Assembly (NCBI GenBank): GCA_017622295.1
Contig: JAGARK010000074.1
Span: forward strand, 17,072 to 81,071
Source of the DNA: Oscillospiraceae bacterium
GTDB taxonomy: Bacteria; Bacillota; Clostridia; Oscillospirales; Oscillospiraceae
Direction: 5' to 3'
DNA length: 64,000 bases
Shown here: piece by piece, positions 27,036 to 35,768 of the stretch
How the letters are laid out: each line of letters begins with the position of its first letter
Numbering within the stretch: position 1 is the stretch's first letter
The notes under the pieces: model-generated
The model's database searches: none
Told to the model about the DNA's origin: nothing
The model's input: only the letters and a program-made list of their open reading frames with translations
Translations under genes and position numbers: made by a program

Positions 27036-28436
27036 TTACAGATTGAAATAGCGTTTTGCGTTATTGCAGCTGATATCCTCCACCAGCTGGCCCAGGAACT
27101 CCATATCCGCGGGATATTCGCCGTTTTCGACCCAGGTGCCAATCAGCTGGCACAGAATGCGGCGGAAGTATTCGTGGCGGGCGTAGCTCAGGAAGGAGCG
27201 GGAGTCAGTGAGCATGCCGATGAAATTGCCCAGGATGCCCAGCTGTGCGAGGCTGGTCATCTGGTTTTGCATTCCGACCTTGTTATCATTGAACCACCAG
27301 GCGGAGCCGTGCTGGATCTTGCCGGGGATCTCGGTGCCCTGGTATGCGCCCAGCAGGGTATCCAGCCACTGGTCGTCGGCGGGATTCAGGGAGTAGACGA
27401 TGGTCTTGGGCAGCTGGCCGGTCTGGTCCAGCGCGTCCATCACATGGTGAAGGGCGGCGGACGAGTCAGTGACGGCGATGCAGTCGAAGCCGCAGTCGGC
27501 GCCCAGCTTGGCAAACTGCCGGGAGTTGGGGTTGCGGAAGCAGGAGAAATGCAGCTGCATGGCCCAGCCGCAGCGGGCGTATTCCCGGCCGCAGTGGAGC
27601 AGCAGATAAGTCTGATAGCCCTCAGTCTCGGCAACGGAGGGGACTTGGCCTGCCATGGCCTTTTGGAAGGTAGCCTCGATCTCTTCGGCGGTGGCTTTCC
27701 GGTACATGACATAGTCCAGGCCGTGGTCGGAGGCCCGGCAGCCGCAGGCGTCAAAGTAGTCGATCCTCTGGCTCAGGGCCTTTGCGACATCGGCGGCGTG
27801 CTCAATTTTGATGCCGGAGGCGGCGGAGAGCTTTTCGATGTATGCGGCGAAGCCTGCCTTATGGCAGTTCAGAGCGGGGTCAGGGCGGAAAGAGGGGCAG
27901 ACCTTTGCTTCCATCTTACCTTCCTCGGCGATGAGCTTGTGCCACTTCAGGTCGCTGCAGGGATCGTCGGTGGTGCCGATCATGGCGACGTTGCTCTTTT
28001 TGATCAGACCACGGGCGCTGAATTCGGGCTCGGCCAGCTTCTTCAGAGCCAGGTCCCAAACCTCCTGGGCGGTATCCGGGTTCAGGGTGCCCTCGTAGCC
28101 GAAGAAGTTCTTCAGCTCCAGATGGCACCAGTGGTACATGGGGTTGCCGATGCACCGGGGCAGGGCCTCTGCGAACTTCTGGAATTGCTCCCGGTCGGGA
28201 GCGGTGCCTGTGATGTAGTACTCGTCCACGCCGTTGGAGCGCATGATGCGCCACTTGTAGTGGTCGCCGCCCAGCCAGACCTGGGTGATGTTCTCGAAGC
28301 GGACATCCTCATAAATCTGCTGGGGATCCAGGTGACAGTGGTAGTCGAAAATGGGCATCCTGGCCGCGTGGTCATGGTAGAGCCGTCTTGCGGTGGGGGT
28401 GGTCAGAAGAAAATCAGGGGTCAGAAAGGGTGTCAT
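27036..28436 (-). CDS. uxaC: Glucuronate isomerase
   Basis: DYHCHL, WLGGDHYKWR, TTDDP, WWFND, MLTDSRSFLSYARHEYFRR. Confidence 0.95.
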   Translation of the reverse strand: MTPFLTPDFLLTTPTARRLYHDHAARMPIFDYHCHLDPQQIYEDVRFENITQVWLGGDHYKWRIMRSNGVDEYYITGTAPDREQFQKFAEALPRCIGNPMYHWCHLELKNFFGYEGTLNPDTAQEVWDLALKKLAEPEFSARGLIKKSNVAMIGTTDDPCSDLKWHKLIAEEGKMEAKVCPSFRPDPALNCHKAGFAAYIEKLSAASGIKIEHAADVAKALSQRIDYFDACGCRASDHGLDYVMYRKATAEEIEATFQKAMAGQVPSVAETEGYQTYLLLHCGREYARCGWAMQLHFSCFRNPNSRQFAKLGADCGFDCIAVTDSSAALHHVMDALDQTGQLPKTIVYSLNPADDQWLDTLLGAYQGTEIPGKIQHGSAWWFNDNKVGMQNQMTSLAQLGILGNFIGMLTDSRSFLSYARHEYFRRILCQLIGTWVENGEYPADMEFLGQLVEDISCNNAKRYFNL

Positions 28437-28634
28437 GCCGTCCGCTCCTTTATATTTTTTGATGATAACAGTATATCAGAAAGCAAACCTGATGACAAGA
28501 AGTTTTCACTGGATTTCACGATTCGACCATGATTTTATACAAAAAACGCATTTGTGTTGAATTTATTGCCAGGTTTTGTTCTCAAAACTCCGGAAAGCAA
28601 ATTCCCCGCAGAGGCGCGCTCTGCGGGGCGTTTA

Positions 28635-29414
28635 TCAATTGGCGGAGTCAAATAGCAGATTTCCCTCCAGGTCCCATTCCATGATACGGCCGTCATCGAA
28701 GAAGACCTCCAGACGATCGGCATCTATGTCCAGATTGTAGCTGAAGCCGGGGATGGAGTCTTCATGGATGTGGTAGACATAGTCCGGGATCGGGTCGCTG
28801 CCGTTTTCCTCTTCCGACCAGAGGACGGTATCGTTGAACCGGAGGACATCGTAGCTTCCCTCGGAGCCGTAGAGGCGGGTGGTCATGAGCTGGATATTGG
28901 AATCGGCTACCTTGGAGGAGAGGATGGGTTTGCGCCAATTGATCACCAGCGCCGTGCCGTTTTGATCCTCCACGGTTTTGTGCAGGCCGGAGGTGGAGGC
29001 ATTGTACAGCGGCTGGGTGAACATCAGGAAGAAGTACTGCTTCCCATCCACCTCATAGCGGTAAGTCCGGTAGATCTGAAAATCCGATGCATCGATGGGA
29101 ACTGTGGGGACCTGGGTCAGGACATACAGTCCCGCGGCCAGCAGGATGCAGGCCAGCACCGCGGCGATCAGGGCGGTGGTGACGCGCTTCTTTTGGACCG
29201 CTTTGGCGAAGGACGAAAAGCGGCTGGCAGCTTCCGGTTCCGGCCGGACCGGCAGGTCTGACAGCAGCAGCCGGTATTCCTGAGCGCAGGCTTCGCAGCC
29301 CAGCAGATGGCGCTCCACGGCCTTATGGGTGACGGAGTTCACAACTCCATCGTGGTACAGCGGCAGCAGATCCTGTATGATCTCACAGCGCAGTTCATTT
29401 TGATGTTCGCTCAT
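28635..29414 (-). CDS. Anti-sigma factor (zf-HC2, TM, extracellular domain)
   Basis: CEIIQDLLPLY..HLLGCEAC (HxxxCxxC), one TM; overlaps the sigma stop. Confidence 0.85.
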   Translation of the reverse strand: MSEHQNELRCEIIQDLLPLYHDGVVNSVTHKAVERHLLGCEACAQEYRLLLSDLPVRPEPEAASRFSSFAKAVQKKRVTTALIAAVLACILLAAGLYVLTQVPTVPIDASDFQIYRTYRYEVDGKQYFFLMFTQPLYNASTSGLHKTVEDQNGTALVINWRKPILSSKVADSNIQLMTTRLYGSEGSYDVLRFNDTVLWSEEENGSDPIPDYVYHIHEDSIPGFSYNLDIDADRLEVFFDDGRIMEWDLEGNLLFDSAN

Positions 29415-29950
29415 AGCGTTCCTTCCTTTCTCATGGCGTCCATGATCATCTTTCTTGCCCGGTGATAGGTAACTCTGGTCCAGCTTTCGGTTTTGGAGAA
29501 AACCCGGGCGATCTGTGCAAAGGACAGCTGGCCGAATAAGCGCAGGGAGAATACCTCCTTGTAGGGCTCGGGAAGAGCGTGGAGAATCTGATGGACCTGC
29601 ATGGAGAGGTCTTCATCGAGAATGCACTGCTCCGGGGATGGGGCGCTGTCGGAGATATCCATCACCGCCGGGATCTCCCGCGCCGCTCTCCGGCAGCGGT
29701 TCAGCCAGAGATTTTTGGCGATGGCGCACAGCCAGGTGTACAGGCTGCTGTTTCCCTGGAACCGCTCCGCGGCCTTCATGGCCTTCAGAAAGGTCTCCTG
29801 GGTGATGTCCTGGGCTTCCGAGTCGCTGCGGCACAGCGAGAGAACATAGCGGTACACGGCTTCGTATTCCGCGCACAGCAGTTCCTGGGAAATGGGCGGG
29901 TCGTTATTTCGTCTGGGCACCCGCTTCACCTGCCTTTCGTATCGTTTCAC
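29411..29950 (-). CDS. ECF RNA polymerase sigma factor
   Basis: AQDITQETF, YTWLCAIAKN, region 4 LSFAQIA..YHRAR; true start may be GTG 29920. Confidence 0.9.
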   Translation of the reverse strand: MKRYERQVKRVPRRNNDPPISQELLCAEYEAVYRYVLSLCRSDSEAQDITQETFLKAMKAAERFQGNSSLYTWLCAIAKNLWLNRCRRAAREIPAVMDISDSAPSPEQCILDEDLSMQVHQILHALPEPYKEVFSLRLFGQLSFAQIARVFSKTESWTRVTYHRARKMIMDAMRKEGTL

Positions 29951-30039
29951 AGGTTAGACAATCAAAAGAAAGAAACGTTACAGTTTTCTGAAAAAAGAAT
30001 CGGCACGGCGGAGAAGCCGTGCCGATTTTGGTTGGGGAG

Positions 30040-31104
30040 TTACTTGCTTTCCTCTTCGACGATCTTTGCCATCTCGTCCCACTTGGCTTCCATTTCGGAA
30101 ACCAGCTTGAACTGGGTCCGGCAGCGGTCCAGATTGTGCTCGGGGCGATGGATACCGAAGTAGTGGTCGCCATCCAGATAGTCGGTCAGGAAGCGGGTGC
30201 CGCATTCCAGGGTCATGGTCAGGGCACCCAGGGGCAGAACCTTGCGCTCGTTCTCGGTCAGACCGGGGCAGGCCTTCAGGAAGCCCCGGGTGAAGATCCG
30301 GAACAGATCCAGATTGATGGTCATCTTGCTCAGGTCCTTCTCGTCCTCGGCAGCGGTGGCTGCGCCGAAGCGGATGGAGTCGCCGAAATCATAGGCGCTG
30401 AGGCCGGGCATGGTGGTGTCCAGGTCGATGACGCACAGGGGAGTGCGGGTCTTCTCGCAGAGCATGACGTTGTTGAGCTTGGTGTCGTTGTGGGTGACGC
30501 GCAGGGGCAGCTCACCGGCGGCCAGCATGGCGGTCAGCTTCTTGCCCACTTCCTCGTGAGCCAGCACGAAGTCGATCTCAGGCTGCACATCCTTGGCGCG
30601 GCCCATGACATCCTTGGCCAGAACTTCCTTGAAAATGCGGAAACGGTCGGGGGTGTTGTGGAAGTTCTTGATGGTCTCGTGCAGAGTCTCAGCGGGGAAG
30701 TCCTCCAGCTGCTGCTGGAAGGTGCCGAAGGCGATGGCACTCTGATAGAAATCCTCGGGGGTCTCAGGAGCCTGCAGGCACAGGCTGCCTTCAATGAAGT
30801 CATACACACGCCAGTCGCTGTTTTCGCCTGCATGGTAGTAATCCAGGCCGTCCAGAGTGGGGATCAGGGTCAGGGCGCCGTAAGGGTTGGAGATCTTGGT
30901 GTGCAGATGGCGGGTAACGGCGGAGATATTCTCCTGAAGACCTGCAACATCGGGGAATGCCCGGTTGCTGATCTTCTGCAGAATGTAGCGGCGGCCGGAT
31001 TCGGTAACCACCAGATAAGTTTCGTTGATGTGGCCGCAGCCGTAGCGGTCAGAGGAAACAGCGGGGCTGTCCAGCTGGAACTGCTTCAAAACTTCGTAAT
31101 TCAT
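30040..31104 (-). CDS. APH-family phosphotransferase, N-acetylhexosamine 1-kinase (NahK)-like
   Basis: GHINET, HNDTKLNN, VIDLDT, RFLTDYLDGD; last gene of a sugar ABC operon. Confidence 0.8.
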   Translation of the reverse strand: MNYEVLKQFQLDSPAVSSDRYGCGHINETYLVVTESGRRYILQKISNRAFPDVAGLQENISAVTRHLHTKISNPYGALTLIPTLDGLDYYHAGENSDWRVYDFIEGSLCLQAPETPEDFYQSAIAFGTFQQQLEDFPAETLHETIKNFHNTPDRFRIFKEVLAKDVMGRAKDVQPEIDFVLAHEEVGKKLTAMLAAGELPLRVTHNDTKLNNVMLCEKTRTPLCVIDLDTTMPGLSAYDFGDSIRFGAATAAEDEKDLSKMTINLDLFRIFTRGFLKACPGLTENERKVLPLGALTMTLECGTRFLTDYLDGDHYFGIHRPEHNLDRCRTQFKLVSEMEAKWDEMAKIVEEESK

Positions 31105-31135
31105 GGCAGTAAATATCCTTTCTGATAGAGGGAAA

Positions 31136-31987
31136 TTAACCCTTCACACCGCCGGCGGTCAGGCCGCTGGTCAGGTTCTTTTCGATGGACATGAACAGGA
31201 TGACAACGGGGATGATGGCAAAGATGGATGCGGCGAACAGATACTGCCACTCGATGATGTTGTAGCCGTTGAAGATGTTGATGCCGACGGTCAGAGGCTT
31301 GATGGTATCGGTGGAGATCAGGCACAGTGCCACGGTGTATTCATTCCATGCGTTGATGAAGATGAAGATCAGGGTGGTGACGATGCCGGGGGCGGCAACG
31401 GGCAGCAGGACCTTGAACATGGCCTGGATGCGGTTGCAGCCGTCGATGGTGGCGGCCTGCTCCATCTCAGCGGAGATGCTCATGAAGGTGCCGCGCAGCA
31501 GCCAGATGGTGAAGGCCTGGTTGAATGCTGCGTTGATGAAGATCAGACCCAGCAGACTGTTGGTCAGGCCCATGACCTGCATGACCTTGTAGATACCGAT
31601 CAGCAGAACCACGGGAGCAAACATCTGAGAGACGATGATGAAGCCCAGGAATGCAGTCTGCCCCTTGAACTTCATACGGGCCAGGGCGTAGGCTGCGGGG
31701 ATGCCGCAGACCATGGCGATGGCGGTGGAGCCGCCGGCGATGATGATGGAGTTGAGCATGTACTGGGCCATGGGAGCCTTCTTCCAGATGTCGGCAAAGT
31801 TGGACCACATGACATCGATGGGGAAGACGGTACCGTTGATGGAGAAGATCTCAGTACGGCTCTTCAGAGCGGTCAGGAGCATGACGAAGTAGGGATACAG
31901 AATGGTAATGCAGACCAGTGCCACCACGAAATACAGCACAATCCGGGACAGCAGCTTCTGCCAGTTAACGCGAATGTTATCGTTCAT
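31136..31987 (-). CDS. Carbohydrate ABC permease (MalG-like)
   Basis: EQAATIDG EAA loop, GLTAGGVKG C-terminus. Confidence 0.9.
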   Translation of the reverse strand: MNDNIRVNWQKLLSRIVLYFVVALVCITILYPYFVMLLTALKSRTEIFSINGTVFPIDVMWSNFADIWKKAPMAQYMLNSIIIAGGSTAIAMVCGIPAAYALARMKFKGQTAFLGFIIVSQMFAPVVLLIGIYKVMQVMGLTNSLLGLIFINAAFNQAFTIWLLRGTFMSISAEMEQAATIDGCNRIQAMFKVLLPVAAPGIVTTLIFIFINAWNEYTVALCLISTDTIKPLTVGINIFNGYNIIEWQYLFAASIFAIIPVVILFMSIEKNLTSGLTAGGVKG

Positions 31988-31989
31988 GA

Positions 31990-32883
31990 TTAGTCTTCTC
32001 CTTTCTTCAGGGTGGAAACCATGTAGACACTGGCGCAGACCAGCAGAATCAGGAAGCCGATGACGGAGACCGCGGCGGCTTCACCCTGCTTGCCGTTGTA
32101 GAAGGCCAGCTTGTACAGGTAGGTGACCAGGGTGTCGGTGCGGCTTGCGGGGTCACCCTTGGTGATGGTCCAGACGATGGGGAAGGAGTTGAAGACGTAG
32201 ATGATGTTCAGAACGGTTGCGACGGTCAGGCTGGGCTTGACCAGAGGCAGGGTGATGTTGAACAGCTGCTGGAAGTAACCTGCGCCGTCAACGGTGGCAG
32301 CTTCGTAGTAGGAGCTGTCGATGCTCTGCAGACCGGACAGTGCGGTGAAGCAGACGAAGGGGATGGTGACAAAAATACCACAGGCAATTTCCCAGCCAAA
32401 GTAGGCTTCGGGAGTGGGGGTCCAGTTGACATTGGAGCTGATGATGCCCAAAGTCTTCAGCAGGGTATTCAGAGCGCCGTAGTCAATGTCGATGATGAAC
32501 TTCCAGACGCTGGCCTGGATGACCAGAGTGGTGGCCCAGGGGAAGACCACGATGGCGCGGGCGATCTTACGGCCCTTGAACTCGTTGTTCAGCAGCAGAG
32601 CCAGAATGAAGCCCAAAACGGTGGACAGGACGACGACCATGATGGTCCAGACGATGGTGTTCTTCAGAACCAGGCCGAACTTGGCGCTCTTGAGAACCTT
32701 GGCGAAGTTTTCGATGCCCGCAAAACCCTTCACCAGACCGGCCTTGGTGACTTCGCTGAATGCCATACGGAAAACGAAGCCGATGGGGATGATGATAAAG
32801 ATGGACATCAGGATGATGCTGGGCAGGATCCACAGATAGGGCTCTGCCTTACGCACAAGAGTATAAGGTTTACTTGTGTTCAC
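31990..32883 (-). CDS. Carbohydrate ABC permease (MalF-like)
   Basis: YEAATVDGA, ITLPLVKP; GTG start after GGGAGG. Confidence 0.9.
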   Translation of the reverse strand: MNTSKPYTLVRKAEPYLWILPSIILMSIFIIIPIGFVFRMAFSEVTKAGLVKGFAGIENFAKVLKSAKFGLVLKNTIVWTIMVVVLSTVLGFILALLLNNEFKGRKIARAIVVFPWATTLVIQASVWKFIIDIDYGALNTLLKTLGIISSNVNWTPTPEAYFGWEIACGIFVTIPFVCFTALSGLQSIDSSYYEAATVDGAGYFQQLFNITLPLVKPSLTVATVLNIIYVFNSFPIVWTITKGDPASRTDTLVTYLYKLAFYNGKQGEAAAVSVIGFLILLVCASVYMVSTLKKGED

Positions 32884-33060
32884 GAGGGTACCTCCCTTAT
32901 TTGAGTGTGGGGAATGCTCATGCAGTGGTGCAGAAGATGCAGCCACTTTCAAAAGGCGGCGCAGTTGCAGCATTTTGAAAATGGCTGCAATCAAAATGGG
33001 CCGGGCCATAAAGACCCGGCCCATCTGTTATGCCTTGACTAAATCAGTAATGTACTTAAA

Positions 33061-34359
33061 TTAGCCAGCGATATCAGCCTGCAGATCGTCCAGCATGGTC
33101 TGAGCGTCTTCGCCCAGCAGGACCTGCTGCAGAACGTCGATGACGCCCAGCTTAACGTCTGCCCACTCAGCCTTTGCTGCGGGGTAGAACTTGGCGGAAC
33201 CGATGACGTCGATCCATGCAGCCATGCCGGGGTTGGCCTGGGCGCACAGCTCGTTGCCGGAAGAGGTAGCGGGCAGGAAGTCTTCCATCAGAACCCACTC
33301 AGCGTAGGGCTCGTCGTCGTAGAATGCGTCAACAACAGCGGTAACAGCAGCCATCTCAGCGTCGGTGTAACCGTTGTCGAAGCACATGATGCGGTCCATA
33401 ACGCCGACGGAAGCGCCAGCCTTGTCACCGTTGGTGGGCAGGGAAGCGATACCGTAGTTGATGCCGCCGTTAGCTTCACAGTACTTGGAGATCTGGTTGG
33501 GGCCGATCATCATAGCGACCTTGCCGGAAGCGAACATTTCCTGCAGATCGTAACGGGTCTCGGTGGTGGGGTCGGTGTTGGTCAGGCCGTCCTTGACCAG
33601 GCCGACGATGTAGTTGACAGCTTCAACGTTCTCGGCAGAGTTCAGAGTCCAGTTGCCTTCTTCGTCGACGAAGCCGCCGCCGTTGTTCCATGCGTAGTAA
33701 GCGAAGCAAGCCTGACCTTCGTCAGTGGTCATGTCAACGCCCCAAGGGTAGATCTCTGCGTCGTAAGCCTTGATGGCTTCGCAGACGGTCTTCAGCTCTT
33801 CCCAAGTGGTGGGAACTTCAACACCGGCAGCCTCCAGGATGTCAGCGTTGTAGTACAGTGCACGAGCGGAAGCCAGGTCGGGAACTGCCCAGACAACATC
33901 GTCAACGATGGACTGCTCCAGGAAAGAGGGGAAGAACTTTGCGTAAGTCTCTTCGGAAACCCAATCCTCGGCAGGCAGCAGCAGGCCGTCAGCCTGGTAA
34001 TCGGCGAAGACGTCGATGTTCAGCAGGTCGGGAGCCTCGCCGTTGGCGATACGGGTGTTGACCACGGTGTAGATGTCGTTCCAGGAAACAACGTCAACAA
34101 CCAGGTCGATGCCGTTGTTGGCAGCCTCGAACTTCTCTTCGAAGCCAACCCACCAGTCAGCAGTTTCGTTGCCGTACTGGGCAGCGATCATGGTGACGGT
34201 GACCTTCTCATCGGAAGCAGCGGGAGCGTCGGCAGCGGGTGCGTCAGCCTTGGGGGCCTCAGCCTCGGGAGCGTCAGCAGCGGGTGCCTCGTTGTTGCCA
34301 CAGGCAACCAGGCCAATAACCATGACCAGAGCCAGCAGCAGAGCAATCAGCTTTTTCAT
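33061..34359 (-). CDS. Carbohydrate ABC substrate-binding lipoprotein
   Basis: Lipobox LVAC, PAADA linker, LYYN, PTTWEEL, FASGKVAM. Confidence 0.9.
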   Translation of the reverse strand: MKKLIALLLALVMVIGLVACGNNEAPAADAPEAEAPKADAPAADAPAASDEKVTVTMIAAQYGNETADWWVGFEEKFEAANNGIDLVVDVVSWNDIYTVVNTRIANGEAPDLLNIDVFADYQADGLLLPAEDWVSEETYAKFFPSFLEQSIVDDVVWAVPDLASARALYYNADILEAAGVEVPTTWEELKTVCEAIKAYDAEIYPWGVDMTTDEGQACFAYYAWNNGGGFVDEEGNWTLNSAENVEAVNYIVGLVKDGLTNTDPTTETRYDLQEMFASGKVAMMIGPNQISKYCEANGGINYGIASLPTNGDKAGASVGVMDRIMCFDNGYTDAEMAAVTAVVDAFYDDEPYAEWVLMEDFLPATSSGNELCAQANPGMAAWIDVIGSAKFYPAAKAEWADVKLGVIDVLQQVLLGEDAQTMLDDLQADIAG

Positions 34360-34703
34360 TTGTTTTTTCCTCCTTTGAATTTTGAGAAACACGGATGTTG
34401 ATTTACACAATCCGTTAAAGGAATTTTACTATTAATTGGGCGTATTGTCAAGGTTTCGCCGGTGGGGAAGACTTATTTTGTGATATATGTATCTTTTGGA
34501 AACGTTTTATTGTGCAAATGTACTGCTGGGTCTTGTATGAGGCGATTTCGGATTTATCTTTTTCGATTCCAGATGCCTTGCGAAGCGGATAGGTCCGTTT
34601 TGTTGGACTTCCGAAATGGTAAAATTGGGCGGTAGAGCCCTTCTTGAAAAAGAAACTCCGGTGTGGTATGCTCAATACAATGGATACATAAGGAGGAAAC
34701 GCA

Positions 34704-35768
34704 ATGAAGATCATTCATTGTTCCGATATTCATCTGGATTCCAGAATGGAGGCCAATTTATCCCCGGCCCAGGCGGCAGAGCGCAACAGCGAAATCTGTG
34801 TGACCTTCGGCCGGATGGCGGCGTTTGCCCGGGAGCAGAAGGTGGCGGCGGTGCTGATCGCCGGTGATCTCTTTGACGGCAGCCGGGTCTCGGCCCGGAC
34901 GGTGGATTTTGTGCTTGACACGATTCGCCGGGCTCCCGGTGTAGATTTTCTCTATCTGCGGGGCAATCACGACGAGATGGATCCCTTTGGGGGGCTGGAA
35001 CTGCCGGATAACCTTATCACCTTCGGTTCGGAGTGGACATACCGCCATTATGCCGATGTGACCATCGCCGGTCTGGAGCCTGAGGACTGGCAGGGGATGT
35101 ACGACAGATTGATGCTGGAGCCCGGCAGGACCAACATCGTTATGCTCCACGGTCAGATTTCCACACAGCCCGGGGAAGAGCTCATCGCCCTTGCGAAGCT
35201 TCGGGGAAAGGGAATCCGGTATCTTGCATTGGGACACATTCATTCTTACAGCGTCGATGCGCTGGATCCGGAGAGCGAATACTGCTACTGTGGCTGCCTG
35301 GAGGGCCGGGGCTTTGACGAGTGTGGAGAAAAGGGCTTCGTGCTGCTGGATATTCAGGAGGGAAAGCTTACCCATGAGTTTGTCCCCTTTGCCGCAAGAC
35401 GGCTTTACGATGTAAGCGTGGATATTTCGGAGCTTACCACCGTCAGCCAGCTGCGCCAGGCTATGGAAGCCGCTGCGGAAGGCATCAGTTCCGATTCACT
35501 GGTAAAATTCACCCTGACCGGCACCTATACTCTGGAAACCCAGAAGGATCTGCGGTTTTTGAAAAAGAGCCTGGAACCCCTTTTCTGGTTTGTGAAGATC
35601 AAGGATGAAAGCCGCTTCCGAATCGAGAAGGAGAGCTATGAGCATGACATCTCCCTGAAGGGTGAATTCATCCGACTGGTGATGGCCTCCGACCGAAGCG
35701 AGGAGGAGAAGGCTCGGATCATTTGCTGTGGCATCCAGGCCCTCAGCGGAGAGGAGATCGTGCTGTGA
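34704..35768 (+). CDS. Mre11/SbcD-like metallophosphoesterase (YhaO-like)
   Basis: SDIHLD, AGDLFD, GNHD, LHG, LGHIH. Confidence 0.88.
   Translation: MKIIHCSDIHLDSRMEANLSPAQAAERNSEICVTFGRMAAFAREQKVAAVLIAGDLFDGSRVSARTVDFVLDTIRRAPGVDFLYLRGNHDEMDPFGGLELPDNLITFGSEWTYRHYADVTIAGLEPEDWQGMYDRLMLEPGRTNIVMLHGQISTQPGEELIALAKLRGKGIRYLALGHIHSYSVDALDPESEYCYCGCLEGRGFDECGEKGFVLLDIQEGKLTHEFVPFAARRLYDVSVDISELTTVSQLRQAMEAAAEGISSDSLVKFTLTGTYTLETQKDLRFLKKSLEPLFWFVKIKDESRFRIEKESYEHDISLKGEFIRLVMASDRSEEEKARIICCGIQALSGEEIVL

Noticed and set aside
17790-28436. Hexuronate genes in two separated blocks
   Set aside because: Standard glucuronate pathway; split operons are ordinary
31101-31325. Short alternative-frame ORFs within genes (many in the track)
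   Set aside because: They overlap confident CDSs, have low-complexity Arg/Pro/Ser-rich translations and lack an RBS
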